DNA of 63,747 nt, the filler included, from Hausera hauseri (lineage: Eukaryota), in assembly GCA_046269625.1 (NCBI GenBank). It is 11 parts of 11 records of this genome, joined end to end, with 100 filler letters (N's around TTAATTAATTAA, not from the genome) between each part and the next. Parts side by side here need not be neighbours in the genome. Positions count along the whole stretch, not along the records: positions 1 to 4,786 come from JBJURY010436360.1; positions 4,887 to 12,631 come from JBJURY010905534.1; 9 more parts are not named here. One strand, 5' to 3'. The first letter of the stretch is position 1. Every line of letters begins with the position of its first letter. The notes under the pieces were generated by a model that worked only from the letters and a program-made list of their open reading frames with translations, was not told where the DNA came from and ran no database searches. The position numbers and the translations under genes are program-made. This document shows, in pieces, positions 1-12,531 of the stretch.

Positions 1-240
1 ATTTTCCCTATAATCTTTCTATATCCCCTTCTTGTTCCCCATAATCCTTACAAATTCGCCATAATCCTTACATTCCCCATAATCCTTGTATTTTTCCTTC
101 TTATTCCATATAATCCTGCTATATTCCCCATAATCCTCCTATATACACTTCTTATTTTCTATCATTCTCCATAATCCTCACATATTCCCGCATTTTCCAT
201 ATACTCTTTCTATATTCATTTAGTTATACATTTCCCATAT
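1..240. repeat. Degenerate pyrimidine-rich minisatellite (CCCATAATCCTT-like units) downstream of the pPolB gene
   Basis: Repeated ccataatcct/ctataatc motifs separated by short C/T-rich spacers. Confidence 0.6.
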
Positions 241-453
241 TGTATTTTAACACACACACAATATGAAGTGTTTAGCGTTACGCCAAACTTATATTTATGA
301 AATAAATGTGTTATGAAATTAGTTGGCCTTATCATACATAGTAGTTATTTAGTTTTACTTGGCCTTATCCTATATCCCACATTACTTAATTAAGAAGACA
401 ACACGATATTTTTATATAAGATTTATTAACAAAGAATAACGATATTTACATAT

Positions 454-3250
454 TTACAGTGTCACATGCCCGTGTGGTAGTGTACTTATTCCATCACACA
501 GGATCTGCCTCTTGTCGTTCATCCAATCTAGGCTCTTCTCTAGCTCTCTCTAGTGTTACTGTCTCAATGTTACGATTTCTAAACTGGATCCTTTGTATCT
601 CTGATATGATGTGACTTTGCCCATGCTGAACTCTCACATAGTCATGGAAGCCAATCTTCTTGGCTAAAGTCACCCTTTGAAGCCATTTAGTCCACTTCTT
701 TACTTGGCCCCATACGTCAATCGCATACATTTTGCTCCGCAGCGCAATACACCTCAAGATAATTGCCCGATTCACCTCGAATTGAATTTCCCAAGGACCT
801 TTTTTTGGCTGTTGAATAGTTGGGATGCTCCTTCGGATAGTCAGATGTATCCATATGCTGAGCCAACCTAGCAAACTCCTCATAAATATCCTCTGTATGG
901 ATCTGATAGATGACACTATCAGTATTCATGTACATCAGCTGCATGGACTTGAATGTAGAGACCATAATTTCATAGTGGAATTTGTACATTAGGGTCTTTG
1001 ACAGGTCCAGTATTGCCATGCCCACATATATGGACTTATTGAATTGAAAGGATGTTTTCAGCATATGGATGCTGACCAATTTCTCCGAATATATGGTGCT
1101 TCTGAGCCATATACTTGTTATTGGCAACGCTATACCACTGAATGACCTGGCATATTCCTCCTATAATGCCTCTCTCAATAATGAGGATCGTGTCGTAATC
1201 CTTTATGATTTGCAGCCTAATACCGGTGTATCTAAGCATTGCTGTCAAGCTCATCGATGGCGCCGTAAAGAAATGAGCCGCATACAATGCATGGCTCTTT
1301 ATGGTAACATCCCTGAAACTTTCAAAGATATCCGTCAGCAGCAGCACGTCCGTCTTTAGGTATATATCGCTGTATTCTCCTAATATTGGAATGATTTCCA
1401 GACATTTTGGGCATGCTGGTAGTCAGCATCACTGATATAGCAATCAGAGAGGATACTGTAAAAGTCCTTTTTGTCCGGCAATGAGGTCTCATCCAGTGAT
1501 CCCTATGAAGTTATATAGTCATATGGAAACACTCCTTTCCTCTTGACTAGATCAAATGTATCGAGGAAGAATTGCTTCGTCTCGTTGCGTTCTTCTGCAG
1601 AGAAGTTCTACCCTAAACTGTCAAGTGAAGATGACATGAAACGGAAGCTGTCTACGAAGCGAAATCGGACTTTGCCGACATACTTCGTAAATGTGATGTA
1701 CTTCTTCTCACTATTGAGAATCACATCAATGTTTCCCTCAATGCTGCCCAATTCTCGGACAACGAAATGGTAATCATAGCCACTGAGGTTATGGAATACT
1801 ACATGCACGTTTGTACATGTTCCGCAACGTAGATTGCAGTTGTTGCATGCTGCGCCTCGATATTTGCCTGTAAAATGGCAGTGATCCCTGAATTTCCAAT
1901 TGTCATTAGTAAAGGACTTGTCGCACAAGTAACATGCTGTTGCTTTGCGCCATTTTTCTTCCTTGCTTCTTCGACATGCTCATTGTGTCCTTATGCTGCT
2001 GCACATATCTCCAATCCTGTGTGCCATATCTTCAAGTCGTTTCATGAAATGAGCTGCTGCGCCTGGACCCCTGAATAGATATGGTTCACTGTACATTCCT
2101 TTGGCATACATACAATATGTTGAGAGCTCCTGATATTGGTATGCCGTTGTGCTGCTATATTGTGGATTAGGACTGCAATTCTGAACTGGACGCAGAATAG
2201 CCTCAAAATCGCAATAGATTACCATAGGGACCTTGATCTTCTTCTCGAACTCCTTGAATTCAATGTAGTCCTCTTGGGGAAATTCTGGCCTGATACAGTA
2301 ATTGTTGTTGCAGTACATCTTGTGTTCTGCAAGCTTGTCCACGGCTGCATCATCACTGAAATGGGACAGGAATCGTTTGCATATTTCGATTTTTGTTGTG
2401 TGTTTCGTAATTTGAGATCTGACTAGACGCTTAAAGTTCTTGATCCAAACATAATGTTTCTTTTTTCCATCGTCTAGTAGGAGCAGATCCCTATGATCTT
2501 CCAATTCAACATCACATATTTGCAAGGGATAGAATTTGTACTCCTAATCCAATCCTAAGATAATGATTGATATATTGTTGATTCGACAGAATTTCTTGAC
2601 TTCGTCTATGGATGGCGGAAACTTAATATATGGAAGTCATAGTTGTGCTGCACATCCTTATATAGCCAAACTCTTGAAGAATTATGTTAATCCCGTACGA
2701 GTTTTGGTAGAATGGCATATATGGAACGCATATTGTCGCTATTACGGACATTAAGGCATGCGTTATTCTCCCGAATCCATTCAGTGATGGCGGAATATAC
2801 GAATTGCCCTGCACAGAGGAGTACTTGTGCACATACACAAGCAGTCTCTGCATGGCTGACATAGTCCAGCCGCTCTTCTTATCCTGGCTTTCCTCAGCCT
2901 CGAGGATCAGCTTCGCATGCTCTTTATGCAACCATTCTACTATATTGGTGTTTTCCAATATGGGCCTATTTTTGTCTTGAAGGCCTTTCTGGATTCTTCG
3001 CCATCTACATTAATGTATGTGGCCTCCAGTTTTATATTGACCTTAAGGGCGTTGAGCTCTGCTATGTTGTCCTGGAGTATTCCCTTTGTTTCTTCCTTTG
3101 TGCATAAGAGGAACTCTTTGACGGTTGTTTGGCCAGTTGCATCAATAACATATCTGCGGCATTTTCTTTTTAATTCTGCAGCATCAACTGTACGCTGTCT
3201 GATTTTTTGTTGAAGCCACTGAGCTTGATGTGGCTGCGCCTGATGCGGCC
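454..3250 (-). pseudogene. Protein-primed family B DNA polymerase of a Polinton/Maverick (adintovirus-like) element; frameshifted, with an internal deletion
   Basis: Motifs in the expected order across frames: SGW..GNSYIP, VIYCDFEAIL (Exo I), RDHCHFTGKYRGAACNNCN, FHNLSGYDYH (Exo II), FVDSFRFMSSSLD, KGVFPYDY, GIIGGIC, YVGMAILDLSK, YMNTDS (motif C), LRSKMY, C-terminal TLPHGH*. Polymerase motifs A and B are missing at a junction near 1100. Confidence 0.9.
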
Positions 3251-3389
3251 AAGCGTTTCAATTCTCTAATATGCTTCGCAGTTGCTGCACCAGACCCAGC
3301 AGCATAATGCGAAGCAGAATAATGCGACACATCATACTGCGAAGCAGATACAGCAGAATCATGTTGCTCATTAAAGATGGCCTTATTTG

Positions 3390-3800
3390 ACTTTGTCAAA
3401 GAGCAATATGATCTTTATAAAACTGCATGTATTGTCCATCACATACAGCCTCACATCCTGGGCAAATATAATACTAGATCCCGTTGCATTTGCATCCATA
3501 TTAGCTTCTCATGGTATTATGACAATTCTAATGGTTGTTTATTGCACATGTGCAATACACGTGTGAACTGCATCCTTGATTTTGCTTAGGCACAAAAGTC
3601 ATTATTAGCATATTCGTATAGAATATATTTTTTCGACTTGGTGAATAAAATCAGTTGATGTTCATGGCCGTTGTAAAAGTCCTCATAATTGGTTTGGCAC
3701 ACTACTTCACATGTAGGGCATATATAATACTCAACCCTGTTGTAAAGATGGCTGAAATACTTTTTATAATGTTGCGATAATTTTCTGGCTCGTGGATTTG
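3390..3800 (-). pseudogene. Two tandem Cys/His (putative Zn-binding) repeats upstream of, or fused to, pPolB
   Basis: YYICPTCEVVCQTNYEDFYNGHEHQL, then (other frame, with stops) NCHNTMRS*YG..YYICPGCEAVCDGQYMQFYKDH; homologous to ORF 22253..22807. Confidence 0.7.
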
Positions 3801-3814
3801 AGTCAATCACTGTT

Positions 3815-3949
3815 AGTAGTTGTATTATTGCTGGTATGGGCCAAGATCTCAAATTTTTAAAACATTTTCATTCGTTCGCCACCCACCACTACTCACAAAA
3901 TTTAAAAAAAATTGAAAACCTTACCCATACCAGCCATAATACAACTACT
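3815..3949. repeat. Imperfect inverted repeat between divergent ORFs
   Basis: agtagttgtattattgctggtatggg (3815-3840) is the reverse complement of cccataccagccataatacaactact (3924-3949) with one mismatch; weaker A/T-rich pairing continues inward. Confidence 0.85.
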
Positions 3950-3983
3950 CCCAACACTTCAGTTATAAAAAGATACAATAAAA

Positions 3984-4154
3984 ATGGCTTCAAATAATTC
4001 AGATTGCAAATTTTGTGATACAGGACGAATTATAATTAAATCAGATAATATATACATCTGGAGTGAATGTACAATTTGTAAATGTTGTATTAACATTATA
4101 AAAATATATAATAAAAATGTATGTCCAGAACCGAAAAATTGTAAAATATATTGA
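3984..4154 (+). CDS. Small Cys-rich ORF (56 aa; CKFC...CTICKCC), below the ORF-track cutoff
   Basis: Manual translation MASNNSDCKFCDTGRIIIKSDNIYIWSECTICKCCINIIKIYNKNVCPEPKNCKIY*; TATAAAA about 20 nt upstream. Confidence 0.45.
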   Translation: MASNNSDCKFCDTGRIIIKSDNIYIWSECTICKCCINIIKIYNKNVCPEPKNCKIY

Positions 4155-4786
4155 AAATTGTTTTGTTTTTAGAGTTTTAGAACCTTTGCGTTTGAGTTTG
4201 AAACCGCCTGTGATACTAGACGTTGCACTATTCTAATTTCCGTTTCTCAGCTTTCGAATGATATATAACACATGTGTGTACAGTGATTATTCATGTGTTT
4301 AGAAACGGTGCAAAGTTGATAAAATGCGTTTTGACTCAAAATTTAAGTTTTTTCAATTACGTTTGAAAACTAAGCAAAATTTGAATAAAATTATTATGAT
4401 ATAAAAGATGTAAAATTTTATTCTTTACAACAATCTTCAATAAAAAATGGTGGTTTCCTGATAGAAAAGTGCACAACGTGCAAAAATATCACAAATTTGT
4501 GCTGCGGCACAACTTAGAAAAGTCCGAATTAGTTGATTTGTGCACCATTCGATTCAGAATTAAATTCTGCATAAAATGGCTAATCCAAAATAATTTGTCT
4601 CGGAAATTTTCTTTTCAGAATTTGCGGGAAATCGCCGAGAAAATGCGGGGCAACTGCATGCGTTGAGAATGTATCAATCGATTTTTAAGGATTTTGTGCA
4701 TATTCATGTTTAAAAGTTAATATCTTTACAACTCTTACGAACGTTTTCATGACCTTAGCATCATTCGGTTCGATGGAAAGAGTCTA

Positions 4787-4886
4787 NNNNNNNNNNNNNN
4801 NNNNNNNNNNNNNNNNNNNNNNNNNNNNNNTTAATTAATTAANNNNNNNNNNNNNNNNNNNNNNNNNNNNNNNNNNNNNNNNNNNN
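4787..4886. other. Artificial contig linker (N44-TTAATTAATTAA-N44); also at 12632, 18021, 22874, 27126, 31553, 36362, 44801, 49861, 58221
   Basis: Identical 100-nt structure ten times; the core gives stops in all six frames. Confidence 0.98.
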
Positions 4887-5574
4887 ACACAGTTTATATA
4901 GTTGCTGATGCACATTCACAAATGTCTATAATAGGACATTACGTCCAAATTAAGATATAACAGTGAAAATATGTCCATATACACGATAAATAATTTTTCT
5001 CCCTTTTAAGCTGATACATATAATAGGACATTACTTTTTGTCTCTCTTCAGAAAAATCAATAACCCATACATAAAATCAGAATAAATCAAAGTAAATGAT
5101 TGATTGGAATTATTTCACAGAACGTTAAGTTATTTGTTCTTATATACTGCTTCTGTTGAGCAATGTTTTTTGAGCTGCTTTTTATGAAATAATACAACTG
5201 ATTTGTTGAGTAGATTTGAACTTTAAATACAAAAATTATCCTCTACTTGACTCTTGATTTCACCGATGTCGGCATTATCGTTGGAACGACATTGGTGTCA
5301 GAAGTGGGATATTTGTTCACAGTTGCTTGAATCATTATTCTCGAATGGCTTCAACAATACTAATTCACGCTAAAACCATTAGAAATGGTCAGATGCTTCT
5401 TGCAATATGAATAACAATTTTTCACATATCTGTTTATTTGTTGGATTCTGACAGAAAGAATTTCCATCCAAAAACATTACAAGATGTCTATTTTGAAATG
5501 GAGTTACCAAATAAGGAAATTTATAAATTTAATGGAACAATATGTTTGCTATATACGCCAATGAAAAAAAAACA

Positions 5575-7443
5575 ATTTACTGTTTCGAGGATGTACACTC
5601 AGAAATACTGATGAAGTCGTTGGAAAGTGGTTTATGCTGGCAAAGAAGCAAAGGCTATGCTAAATAACAATGACACAAGATTCAAACGAAGCAAACTAGA
5701 AAGACAGATAAATAAGAATGTTATTTGGTGTGTCCTATTATTGATAATTCTCTGTTTGTCATGCAGTATAGGAAATGTTGCTTTCCGGTCGCTGCATTTA
5801 TTCGCATTAGATTTTGTTGAGTTTTTAAAATTTCCTGATGATCTTCCTTTGTTTCTTCAAACTCCAGCTATGCAGGCATTTAGAATATTCTGGACATGCG
5901 TGATTTACTATCTGGCATTGATTCCGCTACCGCTGTGTTACGTTCGAGTTGGTCAAAATGTACCAAGTTTTTCATATTCGCAATGATCTTGAAATGTACC
6001 ATGACGAAGCAGGTAAAGGTCTTGAAGTTAGGGCTTTCAATATTCCTGAAGATGTTGGACAGATTTAGTATGTGTTTCGCGCCAAAACTGATACCCTGAC
6101 CGAAAACAAGATGGAATTTAAGAGAGCATTTGTGTACGGTATCGATTATATTCACCAAGATGAGAGCACCAACTAAGAATCAAATACCGATTCAAATGAC
6201 GAATGCAAAAATGATGTAAAGAATAAACGTGATGCGAACAAAGACGAAAATACCCTTAAAAATTTAGGTTTATCAGCAAAAAAGTATGAACAATGACTGC
6301 AGGGTAAGTGTCGATTTTATTAAAACTGCCAAAGATTTCTTCATTCTAATGGCCATTTACAATACAACAGTTGTGTCACTAAACAAAAACGAGACGAAAC
6401 CGGTCATAAAGACTAAAAAACCACATTTACGCTCAAAGATTAAAAACATGTCTTGTTGGCTGGTGAGGGTATCATGAACATAGCGTCAAGTCTCTTAAAT
6501 TTAAGTGCCAAACACATCTTCAGTAAACCAGGCCGTTTCTCTATTAAAACCTTTAAAAACGGCGATTCTGGTGTCAAAATTCATGAAACTATTTTTGATT
6601 TGAGTATAGGTTCAATGGATCTGAAAGGATATGAAAGGCGAGAGAGTGATGTTCCTCCTTTAATAATTGAACCAAAAACTGAATTGACTCAAGACGATAT
6701 TTTGACTTCAACTGGAAAATCTCGTAAAGTAAAATCGGTTATAGATTTTCGGGTTGGCGATGAACAAATCTTCACCGGCACTGAATGATTCTAGTTGCCT
6801 TGAGGTGGACAATTCTAATTTAACGGAAACTTTTGGGACGAGTGATATTGATGATGCTAAAAGACCCTATTACAAAACACAGTTGCTCAATTTTCATTCT
6901 CCAGACTCTAATTCGCCTTCAAATTACCATCAAAATTCAGATTTTATTCACAAATGTCCATTATCCGATACTGATTTACTTGCGTCGTATGAATCTAAGA
7001 GTCCTGATGAAATGACACGTGTCAAAACAGCCTGTAAATATGGCTTCGAATTGCTTCAAGAAGGTCCTAACTTTGTCACTATTTGGAATTCAGAATTTAA
7101 TACTCCTATCACATTCGAAATTCTTCAAATTCTTCCGTTTGATTCAACAAGAAAACGAATGTTAATTATCGTCCAGTGGCCACTTTCTAAAGATATTATC
7201 ATATTTTGTAAGGGCGCGGATTCAACAATGTTCAGTAGATTTGATCGATTGTCAAATTACGTGCAAGATACTTATGATTACGTCGATGAATACGCTAGAC
7301 TAGGTCTACGCACATTAGTTCTGGGAAAACGAGTTCTGGAAAACAGTTGTTTGACAATTGGTTCATGCGATACCAAGCAGTAGAAAGAAAATTGGAAAAT
7401 AACGAAACCGAATTAAATGAACTAACGTGCGAGATAGAAGAAA
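5575..7443 (+). pseudogene. P4-ATPase phospholipid flippase fragment, ATP10-like
   Basis: FRGCTLRNT, VYAGKEAKAMLNN..KRSKLERQIN, decayed phosphorylation motif (AKTDTLTENKMEFKR for DKTGTLT), SPDE, PFDSTRKRM, CKGADS, GLRTL; stops and frameshifts; truncated at both ends. Confidence 0.88.
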
Positions 7444-8183
7444 GTGTACCAGACACTATTGAATCTGTCATTTTGGCCATTATGCATAACCTTACCAAGT
7501 ATTCCAATGTGAACATTGCACTCATTGATTTTATCATAAAGACAGTTAATTTATACGTGCCTACGATGAAGAAAGCAATTATCGGTTGCATCTGATTTGG
7601 TCTGAGTGAAGCTATTCGAGATAATGTATTTAGATCTCTAGCTGGACTTATGGAGGTTCTGCTTCATCAACTAGATTTGCTGAAACAATTCGGTAAACTG
7701 ATTGGTGACACATCGTGTACCCCGGCACCAGTGGCGAATAATAATGTTTCACCCAAACCGATTGAATCAGTGCAAGTTGTATTACCGAAAAAGAATGGCA
7801 CCCCAAAGGCAATGTCGCCGGCACCAAAACCAGTTGGAAATGTAAAGGAAACTGTTGTTACTGCCAAGACAAACAATAATTTGCTTACAATAAACATTCA
7901 AAACTAAACCCATTATCGAGACGCCTAACAAAAAAAAATCAACGGGCCCCAACCTCATTTCTTATCGTAGCTTGTGCAACAGTCTGAAAATGCCAAATAA
8001 AAAAATTTGTTGCTTAAAGATTTGGAGTTACTCAGCCAAGACGACACCAAACTTATGGTTTATTTGTTGTCTGATCTCTATTGAGCTTTCAGAATAGAAC
8101 TAATCGGAAACCCGACCTTTGCTCGTCTGATCAGTTTGTCACTTGATGCAGTGGAAATTAGTCAGTTAGGTCTCGAGATTTAA
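7444..8183 (+). pseudogene. INTS3: Integrator complex subunit 3-like fragments abutting the flippase fragment
   Basis: TIESVILAIMHNLTKYSNVNIALIDFIIK..YVP resembles INTS3 NIEPAILVMHHSMK..LLDF..FYP; KDLELLSQDDTKLMVYLLSDLY*AF..LDAVEISQL resembles DMKACQEDDVRLLCHLTPSIYTEF..IDSAQLQEL (recalled sequence). Confidence 0.65.
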
Positions 8184-8219
8184 AAGTTCAGATAAGTTGA
8201 TGAGATTCTTTTTGCTGAT

Positions 8220-11200
8220 TTCACCCACCAGTGCGATCATTTTGCCACTACTCCCAGTGTGGCACTCTCAAGCCTCTCCCTAGCCTAAACGAAAACAGCC
8301 CAAGCCCCCTGTGCATACTAATTTTTCTTTCTTGTTTATAGCAATAACCAGCATATAAAAATCATAAGAGATCCACTCAACCACAGCACAGCTCTTATAC
8401 AACTCTTCATCTTCTTTATTTAATACCTCCGACTTCTACTTCACATACCAAGGTATTACTATACATTTTTCCGACTCTCTTTTACTGTTCACATGTCATG
8501 AACATCCGATCATCCATCTCACGTTCCACTTCCGCTCTTGGGGTGGATCGGACCCAATCCATCTTTCTCGAATGATAAATCTACAAATACATGCAATATC
8601 TGTCGCTTACGAAACTCTCAACAACCACTAGCTTCAGTGAATCTACCTTGTGTGGATTTTTTCTTGACAAAAATAATTCCAGTAAACCATGGTTCCAATT
8701 CCACCAACAGTGCTTAATATCTAACAACAGTCTTTTAATTCTTCTGCCTGCTAACGTTAAGCAGCAAATCAGCAGCATCTCCGAACTGCTTCAGTCCTCG
8801 ACACCTTACGAAACACTCTATGAGGCTGTATTCCATGTCACGGATCCTTCGATAGACAACATTATACAAAAATACTTCAACGACCATGCGCAGGAAACCA
8901 AAAGCCATCCGATTTTCTCGAAACGGCCATTTTGCAGCTTAGCGCCTTAGGTGTAACGCTTACGAAAATCGCGGACTTAATTTGCCGTTATTTCTTGCCG
9001 TCTTTGCCCACCTCTATTAATGCCTTGCTTACTGTCGTCGACGAGTGTACTGATATTGAAAAACTGGCCATAATGGCTGGTAAGTCCTTTGAAATCTTCC
9101 CTACAAATAATTCTATCCCAATTGCGGCTGCAACCGCACATGTGCCAGCTATAGATACAACCTTTCTCACTCAAAAAGTGCAAATGAAGCAACAACAATT
9201 TGACACATTACAGCAATCAGTTTCGGCCACTACCACAAAATTGAACAATCTTAATGGGCCTCGGCGAAGTGAAGCCAGACCTTCAAGGCAGCGAAGCACT
9301 TCAAGACTGCGCGATCTACTTCACCTGGCGGACGCATGGCTGGCTTCTATCATACGAGGTTTCGAAAGAATGCAAGGAAATGTTTCTTGGGCTGCCGATT
9401 CTACGGCGAACGATGCGCTGTGGACAACCCTATTTGCATCTACCACAATAAGTTAACAATAACATATCTATTTCAAAACAAAAGTCCAAATTGGTTGTTG
9501 ACAGTGGAAATACCAGTTGCTTTCGTCAATTAATGCAACTGTTTCTTCCCATGATATGCCTCAACCAGTCTTATTTCTAGACTCCGATCTTTAATCATAC
9601 ATCACAACGTCTTTCTTTTGCATGATCGAAAGGAACATAAACTTCAAGCCTCCAACCTCAGTTTATCATCATATAATAATAGAGCATCAGAGGCCTATCA
9701 GACAAAAGTTAAGGCCCTTGTCACCACGCAGACGTAAAGCTGTGGAACAGGAATTTAATGAAGTGGAAAAGTCTGGCATCATTCGGAGATCAAATTCACC
9801 TATAACTTCTCCTCTTTATGTAGTAGTCAAGAAAATTGGTACGTATATGCCATGTGACGACTATCGTCAATTAAACAACCTGACCATTACAGATACCTAT
9901 GCACTACCACTCGTAAAGGATATCCTTCATAGCCTCAATAACACCAATACCTATTCTACCATTGATTTGCACAAGACCTATCATCAAATTCCTGTTGCAC
10001 CTGATGACATTCCAAAAACTGCTGTCATCACACCACTTGGCCTTTATAAATACATTTTCATGCCTTTCTGCCTACGTAGTGCATCTCAGACCTTTCAACG
10101 CCATATTGATACCGTACTTTCGGGTCTTGATTTTGCCCATACATATATAGACGACATACTAGTCGCTTCTACATCCATCAAACAACATCATGAGCATCTC
10201 CGAATTATTTTCCAGATTGCATCAAAGCAACCTGCAAATTAATTTCGCCAAATGTAATTTCTTCCATAAACACATCAGCTTCGTAGGCCACATAATTACT
10301 CCCGATGGTCATTCCCCCAACATGATCGTTTACAACAGTTAAAAATGTAACATTACCAACTACTACCATTGACATGAGGAGTTTTCTAGGGACACTGCAT
10401 TTCGTACACAAATACGTGCAACACTGCGCCGAACTAACGTCACCTTTCGCACACCTTTCATCCGGGAAGAAAAGACAAGTAATCCACTGGACTTCTGATC
10501 TAATAAATCAATTTGATCGCCTTCGTAAAGATTTGAAAACAGTTGAAATCTTAGCTTTTCCAAAACCCAACGCGGAACTCATATTAACTACCGATGCCTA
10601 CACCACAGCCACCGGCGCAATATTACACCAAATATACAATGTGTCGATGAACCGTTAGAATTCTATTCCAGAAAGCTCATGCAACCAGAAAGCCGATACT
10701 CTGCATTCGATCGTGAACTCCTGGACATAGTTCTAGCGATAAAGCATTTCACGAATTTGCTTCTATCACGTCAATTCGTCATCCAAACCGACAATAGACC
10801 TCTACTTCATATCATGACATTAAAACAGGCATCACCCAGACAATAATGACAGATATAATACCTGTCGACATTTAGTTTTTCTATGAAGTATATTTCAGGC
10901 ACAGAAAATTTAGCCGCAGACTTTCTGTCGCTGTCGGTCAGGTCAATTACAGTTCAGCCAATTTTCGCCTCTGAAATCCTGAGAAGTAATCAGCCATCAT
11001 CTGATATTTTTCAAGTTTTTAAATCTGTTGTGATCGTTGATAGCATCGCCTACGACACATCTAACTCGATTAATAAAAAATCATTCTTTCTGCATTGTTA
11101 CAAAAGACAGATTTCACTCACTTTCACTCTCTTCATCATCGGGTTTGACAACCACATTTCGTCTACTGCAACGTCACGTTGTATGTCAAACTATGCGTAC

Positions 11201-12531
11201 AGATGTACAGGTCTGGGTTAAGAGATGTCTAGTATGTCAACAATATAAAGTCCATAAACACTTCAAACCACCACTTTACCACATCCTTTGTACGTCTCAT
11301 TTTGACACCGTTCATTTGGATCTTGTCGGCCCTCTACCATCCGACAACGGTTATCAGTACGTCTTATCTGTGATTGATCGCGCTTCTCGCTGGCCGGAAG
11401 CCTTTCCTCTTCGATCAAGCAATACCCATTCTGTGGCAGATGGCTTTATCAAAATATGCATAAGCCGCTTTGGTTTGCCACGTCACATTATAAAGGACCA
11501 TGGTCCGCAATTTGAAGGTGATCTTTTTAAATCTCTATCAAAGCACTTGGGAATAGCCTATTGCCATACAACACTGTACCATCCCCAAATAAGTGGTCTT
11601 CTTGAGAGATTTCAACGTGCCATGATTTCAGTAAAAGTATTGGCAAACAGTAATCATAACTGGACCTCACATCTTCCTCTTATATTACTCGATTGGCGTA
11701 ACACGCCATTCACCACCACAGGTTGTACTCCAGCTGAGGCTCTCTTAAGGACACCAATTCGTGCCCTATTTGAACTGTCCAACATCGATGAAAGTCCGTC
11801 GGATGAAGTTATTTGTGCGGCACAGTCCCACTTTGTAGATGTCAACTCAAACGCCTTTTGCCACCTTATAAATAAAGACAAATCGTATGTTACAGGGGAC
11901 TTATGCTCAGCCAAGTTTGTATGGCTGAAGTATCCGTCACCTTCTGGTTTTCAGCATCAGTACGTTGGCCCTTATAAACTACTCAACCTCTCTTCGCACA
12001 CCGCTACTACTTACGTAAGGACAGACCTCAAAATGTACATATTTCTAATCTTAAGCCAGCATTCTTCGTTGACGATGACCAGGATAACAACCTGTTTTAA
12101 ATCCTAACTCTAACATCTCTCACCTAGAGCCACCATATTATTTCCTTAATGATTTTGATCCGTCGCATCAACCACTCTCGCGTCACAATCAGTTCGCTGC
12201 ATTTCTGTCATCGCCCACTGCTCCTTCACCGCTTACTTCACCGTCTTCACCTGCACACCACCTACTTATTTTACCTTCATTGCAAGATTCGCTTCAATCT
12301 CCAGTCTCGCCTTCTTTGCGTGATCCTTTTCCATTTTCAGCTTCTTCTCCATTTTCATCTCTTCATGAAGCATCTTGCCAAAATACCACAAAATCCACAG
12401 CATCTCTCCCTTGAAAAACTCCACAAGCACCAGCAACATCTAACAGGTCACGCCAAATGACATTTAGCACCTGCAGTAGGGAGACGTTCATAGATGGAAT
12501 CCAACGTCGGACACATACCAAAACAGAATAG
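8220..12531 (+). mobile_element. Ty3/Gypsy LTR retrotransposon internal region, copy A (Ubl-gag, RT, RNase H, integrase; protease deleted), decayed
   Basis: Gag PWFQF..DPSIDNIIQKYFND; RT DYRQLN, IDLHKTYHQIP, YIDDILV; RNase H LTTDA..FDRELL; integrase HLDLVGPLP, VIDRASRWPEA, HPQISGLLER. Confidence 0.92.

Noticed and set aside
454-3800. Alternative genetic code explaining in-frame stops
   Set aside because: All three stop types occur together with frameshifts and deletions, and the MFS and SLMAP genes read normally in the standard code.
4787-4886. Recurring TTAATTAATTAA palindrome as a biological motif
   Set aside because: Always centred in 44+44 Ns, so it is a concatenation linker. ORFs ending X..LIN are artefacts, and adjacency across linkers is meaningless.
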